In this document: positions 44,802-48,535 of the stretch, in pieces
How positions within the stretch are numbered: the first letter of the stretch is position 1
Layout of the letters: the number at the start of each line of letters is the position of its first letter
Source of the DNA: Candidatus Kapaibacterium sp.
GTDB lineage: Bacteria; Bacteroidota; Ignavibacteria; Kapaibacteriales; UBA2268
Assembly (NCBI GenBank): GCA_017995735.1
Contig: JAGOIG010000001.1
Span: forward strand, 1 to 48,535
Direction: 5' to 3'
DNA: 48,535 nt
The notes under the pieces: model-generated
Told to the model about the DNA's origin: nothing
The model's input: the letters and a program-made list of their open reading frames with translations, nothing else
Databases searched by the model: none
Program-made: the position numbers and the translations under genes

Positions 44802-46063
44802 TGGAAAATGAGTTCCCAATTGATCTCAATATAAATATTGAAGATTATAATTATTTTTTGCCACCTGAACGTATTGCCCAATTCCCCTTAGAAAATAGGG
44901 GAGAAAGCAAATTGCTCTTTTGTGATATTACAAAAGGAGAGATTGAACATTATATTTTCAAAGAAATTGATAATCTGATTCCTGAAAATTCAATTTTAAT
45001 AAGAAACATAACAAAAGTATTTCCCGCTCGGTTCTTCCTACATAAACCTACGGGTGGCAAGGTTGAAATACTTCTGGAACATCCAAATGATGTTTATGCG
45101 GTTCCGCAATCAATGTTATATCAACCTTCTCCACAAATTTGGACTTGCACAGTTCGTGGCAAAAATATAAATCCTGGTGTTATATTAACTTTGCAAAATA
45201 ATGACTTAGACATAAATTTATCTGCAAATGTCTTGGATATAAATCAAGGCAAACGCGATATTGAATTTTTTTGGCAACCGCAGGAACTTTCTTTTGCTGA
45301 TATTCTTGAAAAAATTGGACAAATTCCACTTCCTCCCTATATCCATCGTAAGCCTATTGATTTAGATAAGAAACGTTATCAGACAGTTTTTAGCGAAGTT
45401 GTGGGTTCGGTTGCTGCTCCAACTGCGGGTTTTCATTTTACTCCTGATATTATTCAATCCATAAAACATAAAGGCATTGAATTTGGTGAAATTACTTTGC
45501 ATATTGGCTCAGGCACTTTTGCTCCTTTAAAATCGGATAATGTCATTGAGCATAATATGCATTATGAACAAGTTATTATCTCTAAGGAATTTATTAAACA
45601 ATTGATTAATTTTCTTGAAAATAAAGCGGGTTATATTATTCATACGGGTACAACCACCGTTCGCACTCTCGAAACTCTCTATTGGTTTGGCGTAAAAGCT
45701 TATTTGAATAAGTTAAATGATTTCAATTTTACACAGTGGGAATGGATAAACTTGCAGAATGATGCTGATATTACTTTTTTGAAAAGTTTACATTTTTTAT
45801 TAAATTATCTTGAAAATAAAAATATCAATCAAATAATAGGGGATACGCAATTATTTATAGTTCCTGGTTATAAATATAGGACTTGCGACGGATTGATAAC
45901 AAATTTCCATCTTCCAAAAAGCACATTGCTTTTGCTTGTAGCAGCATTTACAGGCAGAGATTTATTTAAAAGAATATATAATGAAGCACTTGCAAATGAT
46001 TATCGCTTTTTAAGCTATGGGGACGCATCTTTTTTGCTTAAGTCTTCTCCAAATGCACGCTAA
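44801..46063 (+). CDS. queA: S-adenosylmethionine:tRNA ribosyltransferase-isomerase
   Basis: YFLPPERIAQFPLE, IPLPPYI, YQTVF, APTAGFHFT, GTTTVRTLE, NFHLPKSTLL and SYGDA. 1-nt TAATG overlap with metG. 420 aa, longer than I recall as typical. Confidence 0.9.
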   Translation: MENEFPIDLNINIEDYNYFLPPERIAQFPLENRGESKLLFCDITKGEIEHYIFKEIDNLIPENSILIRNITKVFPARFFLHKPTGGKVEILLEHPNDVYAVPQSMLYQPSPQIWTCTVRGKNINPGVILTLQNNDLDINLSANVLDINQGKRDIEFFWQPQELSFADILEKIGQIPLPPYIHRKPIDLDKKRYQTVFSEVVGSVAAPTAGFHFTPDIIQSIKHKGIEFGEITLHIGSGTFAPLKSDNVIEHNMHYEQVIISKEFIKQLINFLENKAGYIIHTGTTTVRTLETLYWFGVKAYLNKLNDFNFTQWEWINLQNDADITFLKSLHFLLNYLENKNINQIIGDTQLFIVPGYKYRTCDGLITNFHLPKSTLLLLVAAFTGRDLFKRIYNEALANDYRFLSYGDASFLLKSSPNAR

Positions 46064-48535
46064 CAATTTTCGTGACGCCTTCTTCTTCCATTGTTACGCC
46101 ATATAAAGTATCAGCTGCCTCCATCGTTCGTTTATTATGTGTAATAATAATAAACTGTATGTCTCTTTCTATGCTGAATTTTTTCAATAAATTTATGAAC
46201 TTGTCAATATTCGTATCGTCAAGTGGTGCATCGACTTCATCAAGGATACAGAATGGACTTGGCTTTTCAAGATAGATTGCAAATAGTAAAGCAATGGCAG
46301 TCAATGTCTTTTCGCCTGCTGATAGCAAATCAATTGAACTAGGCTTTTTAAAAGGTGGTTTTGCTACTACTGATACATTTGATTCTAATAAATTATCACC
46401 TTCTAAATATAAATCCGCTTCGCTTTCCTGTCCGAAAATATCTTTAAAAAGCATCGTGAAATTACGTCTGACATTTTCAAAAGTTGTTTTGAATCTCTCT
46501 TCTGCGATAGTATTGATTTCATTAATTGTCTCGTTTAGCGTCTTTTGTGAATTTTCTAAATCATTCTTTTGATTTATTAAGAAATCAAGCCGCTGCTTTT
46601 GCTCTTCATAATCTTCCAATGCTTGAAAATTAACATTTCCTAATGCTGATATCTTCTCTTTTAATGAAGAAATAGAACTTTTTGCTGATTCAAGATTGAA
46701 ATCTTGTTCGGCAGTTTGAAAATAATTGAGGCTAACATTATCAAAATCCAATTGATATTGTTCACGGGCAAGTGTTTTTATATTTTCAATGCGAGATTGA
46801 ATATTAGCTATTTCTAATTCGATATTATGCAATAGAGTAATTTGATTTTGCTCCGTCTTACGCAAATTTTCAAGACTTTCCTCGTATTGTTCCATCTGAG
46901 CCTGGAGATTTTGCCGTTGTTGAGCAGTCTTGGAATGTTTAATACGAATTTGCTCAAGGGATTCCACTAAATTTTCTTTTTCTTTTATTGCTTTTGTGAG
47001 TTTATCATTCAGTATTTGTTTTGTCTGTCGATTATTTGTAATTTCTTTTTGCTTGCTCTCAATGAAATACTCGGTATTTTTTATTGATTTTTCAATTGAT
47101 TCTAATTCACTTTCTGAATGCTTTAAATCGCTCTGCAAACGTGCAAGCGTGATTTCTTTCTGTTTAATAGTTGAATTTAACTCGTCAAATTCTTCTCGCA
47201 AATCTGAATATTTGCTTTTTTCATCTTCAAAATTTTCTGATAATTCTTCTATTTTTTGAGTAAATGACTGAATATTTTCTTCTGAGTTATCTATTTCTTC
47301 AATAAGTCCTTCAATTTCCTTCTTATAATTTTGAATATTTTCATCAACTTGAGAAAATGAATTTTTTTCGTTCTGTATTTTATTCTCTATTTGGATTTTC
47401 TCTTTCTCAAAATCATTTAGTTTCTTATTTAAATTAGTAGTGTTTTTTTCAATTTCAGAAATATTTAATTCAGATAAATGCGTCTGCTGGTCTTTCAATT
47501 CCTTTTGTATCTGGTTAATCTCAAAAGTTATGTCTGCAATTTTTAAATCTAATTCCTGAATTCTATTCCTCCTTCCGAGCAATAATGAATTTTTATCTTC
47601 AGCATTGCCTCCACCATATATCACGTCATTTCTTCTAATTACAATTCCATCGATTGTAACTATTTGCTCAATATCATATTTCGCAAGAATTTTGTTTGCA
47701 TCCTTGACATTCTCAATTAACAAAGTCGAATTAAAAAATTTTTCAATAAGATGACGAAATTCGTCTTTTGTTTGAATAAAATCCGAAAGCCAACCAATTA
47801 TTCCATCGCCACTTGCAAATTTTTGAACATTTTTATTAACTGTGTTTTCACCTAAAATTATAAATCCTGCTTTCCCTTGCTTAGAATTCTTTAAAATTTC
47901 AATTGCATTTAATGCATCATCAGAATTACTAATTAAAAAATATGATAAATACTCGCGCAATATAGAATTTACTGCTTTCTTATATTTTTCATCGACAGAG
48001 ATAATCTCTCCAAATAGTATTTTCTCGGTGCTAGTAATCCAATTTTGATTTTTCAGCAAAAACTTGGTCGTTTCATCATTAATGGCAATATTCTCAAGAA
48101 AATTCTTTTCATTTTGTATTGTATTTAAAATGCTTTTCTTTTCTAATTCCTCATTTTTTAATTTATCACGATATTTTTCGATTTCATTTTTTTTGGTAAT
48201 TGCTTCTGCTAAATTGTTTTTTGCTATCTCTAATTCTTGCTTTGTTTTATTTATTAAATTAATATTTTCTGATAAATTCTTTTTTAATATTTCAATTTGA
48301 TTTTCGAAATTTGCAACTTTTCTTTCATCGTCAACAATTCTTGCTTCGAACTTTGATTTATTTTGTGTATTTCGTGCAATTGTGGATTTTTCAAAATTTA
48401 GCTTACTTTTGTATTCATTCAGTTGAGAATTGATATTATTTAAAATTGTTTGCTGTGCATTCAATTCTATTTGCAATTCCCTCGAATTACCCTGTAAAGT
48501 ACTGATTTCCTCTTGGATTTTGGTTTGGTCTTGCT
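46038..48535 (-). CDS. smc: Chromosome segregation protein SMC (C-terminal about 830 aa; N-terminus beyond window end)
   Basis: Long coiled coils flank a hinge-like region (GWLSDFI...). Signature motif LSAGEKTLTAIALLFAI, Walker B FCILDEVDAPLDD, D-loop/H-loop ...IIITHNKRTM. The frame stays open from 48476 to nt 48535. Confidence 0.9.
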   Translation of the reverse strand, partial: QDQTKIQEEISTLQGNSRELQIELNAQQTILNNINSQLNEYKSKLNFEKSTIARNTQNKSKFEARIVDDERKVANFENQIEILKKNLSENINLINKTKQELEIAKNNLAEAITKKNEIEKYRDKLKNEELEKKSILNTIQNEKNFLENIAINDETTKFLLKNQNWITSTEKILFGEIISVDEKYKKAVNSILREYLSYFLISNSDDALNAIEILKNSKQGKAGFIILGENTVNKNVQKFASGDGIIGWLSDFIQTKDEFRHLIEKFFNSTLLIENVKDANKILAKYDIEQIVTIDGIVIRRNDVIYGGGNAEDKNSLLLGRRNRIQELDLKIADITFEINQIQKELKDQQTHLSELNISEIEKNTTNLNKKLNDFEKEKIQIENKIQNEKNSFSQVDENIQNYKKEIEGLIEEIDNSEENIQSFTQKIEELSENFEDEKSKYSDLREEFDELNSTIKQKEITLARLQSDLKHSESELESIEKSIKNTEYFIESKQKEITNNRQTKQILNDKLTKAIKEKENLVESLEQIRIKHSKTAQQRQNLQAQMEQYEESLENLRKTEQNQITLLHNIELEIANIQSRIENIKTLAREQYQLDFDNVSLNYFQTAEQDFNLESAKSSISSLKEKISALGNVNFQALEDYEEQKQRLDFLINQKNDLENSQKTLNETINEINTIAEERFKTTFENVRRNFTMLFKDIFGQESEADLYLEGDNLLESNVSVVAKPPFKKPSSIDLLSAGEKTLTAIALLFAIYLEKPSPFCILDEVDAPLDDTNIDKFINLLKKFSIERDIQFIIITHNKRTMEAADTLYGVTMEEEGVTKIVSVHLEKT

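Noticed and set aside
46072-48300. Series of plus-strand ORFs (67-109 aa) antisense to smc
   Set aside because: Their Ser/Phe/Ile-rich low-complexity products mirror the Glu/Lys/Asn-rich coiled coil of SMC. These are classic antisense artefacts.
48474-48476. TTG proposed as the smc start codon by the ORF track
   Set aside because: The frame stays open to the window edge (…QDQTKIQEEISTLQGNSRE upstream). The N-terminal ATPase head (Walker A) is missing, so the gene is truncated by the window.
46038-48535. The SMC-like gene as part of a defence system (Wadjet/Lamassu-type)
   Set aside because: The hinge region, long symmetric coiled coils, canonical signature and Walker B motifs and a housekeeping neighbourhood (metG, queA) all fit the chromosomal condensin SMC. 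No JetA/B/D-like or nuclease partners are visible.
1-48535. Scan for tRNA, rRNA, tmRNA, riboswitch-like structured leaders, CRISPR arrays, IS elements, integrases and prophage genes
   Set aside because: Intergenic regions are short (mostly under 170 nt) and almost purely AT. There are no cloverleaf-compatible GC-rich segments, no regularly spaced direct repeats and no transposase or integrase-like ORFs. A by-eye scan cannot exclude small ncRNAs.

Overview
AT-rich 48.5-kb chromosomal segment, probably from an FCB-superphylum bacterium (Ignavibacteria/Bacteroidota-like). That placement is an inference from a T9SS C-terminal sorting tail, a DUF1573 protein, plant-type glutaminyl cyclase and recurrent TAATTTTG elements upstream of genes. 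I can support about 42 densely packed CDSs, and most are core housekeeping genes: fmt, argS, rsfS, folP, fbp, nuoAB, pgeF, ychF, era, holA, metG, queA, smc, a four-subunit 2-oxoacid:ferredoxin oxidoreductase and a ugd/PGI-PMI/mannose-1-P guanylyltransferase sugar-nucleotide block. I saw no rRNA, tRNA, CRISPR array, transposase, integrase or recognisable defence or toxin genes. I cannot point to a clear-cut novel system. The best candidate is a translationally coupled four-gene envelope operon (giant TPR protein, plug-less TonB-receptor-like beta-barrel, SPOR protein, TonB_C protein; 35600-42468). Other items worth a second look: a GH2-fold ectodomain that seems to lack both catalytic glutamates and is fused to a polytopic membrane domain; a response regulator with a degenerate HD-GYP domain that shares a C-terminal module with a canonical HD-GYP protein 4 kb away; an alkyltransferase-like (ATL) protein with Phe at the reactive-Cys position; a serine-palmitoyltransferase-like alpha-oxoamine synthase; and nine intergenic, correctly oriented TAATTTTG (Bacteroidetes -7 type) elements in a genome that also shows strong Shine-Dalgarno sites. 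All domain calls come from by-eye motif recognition, with no searches run.
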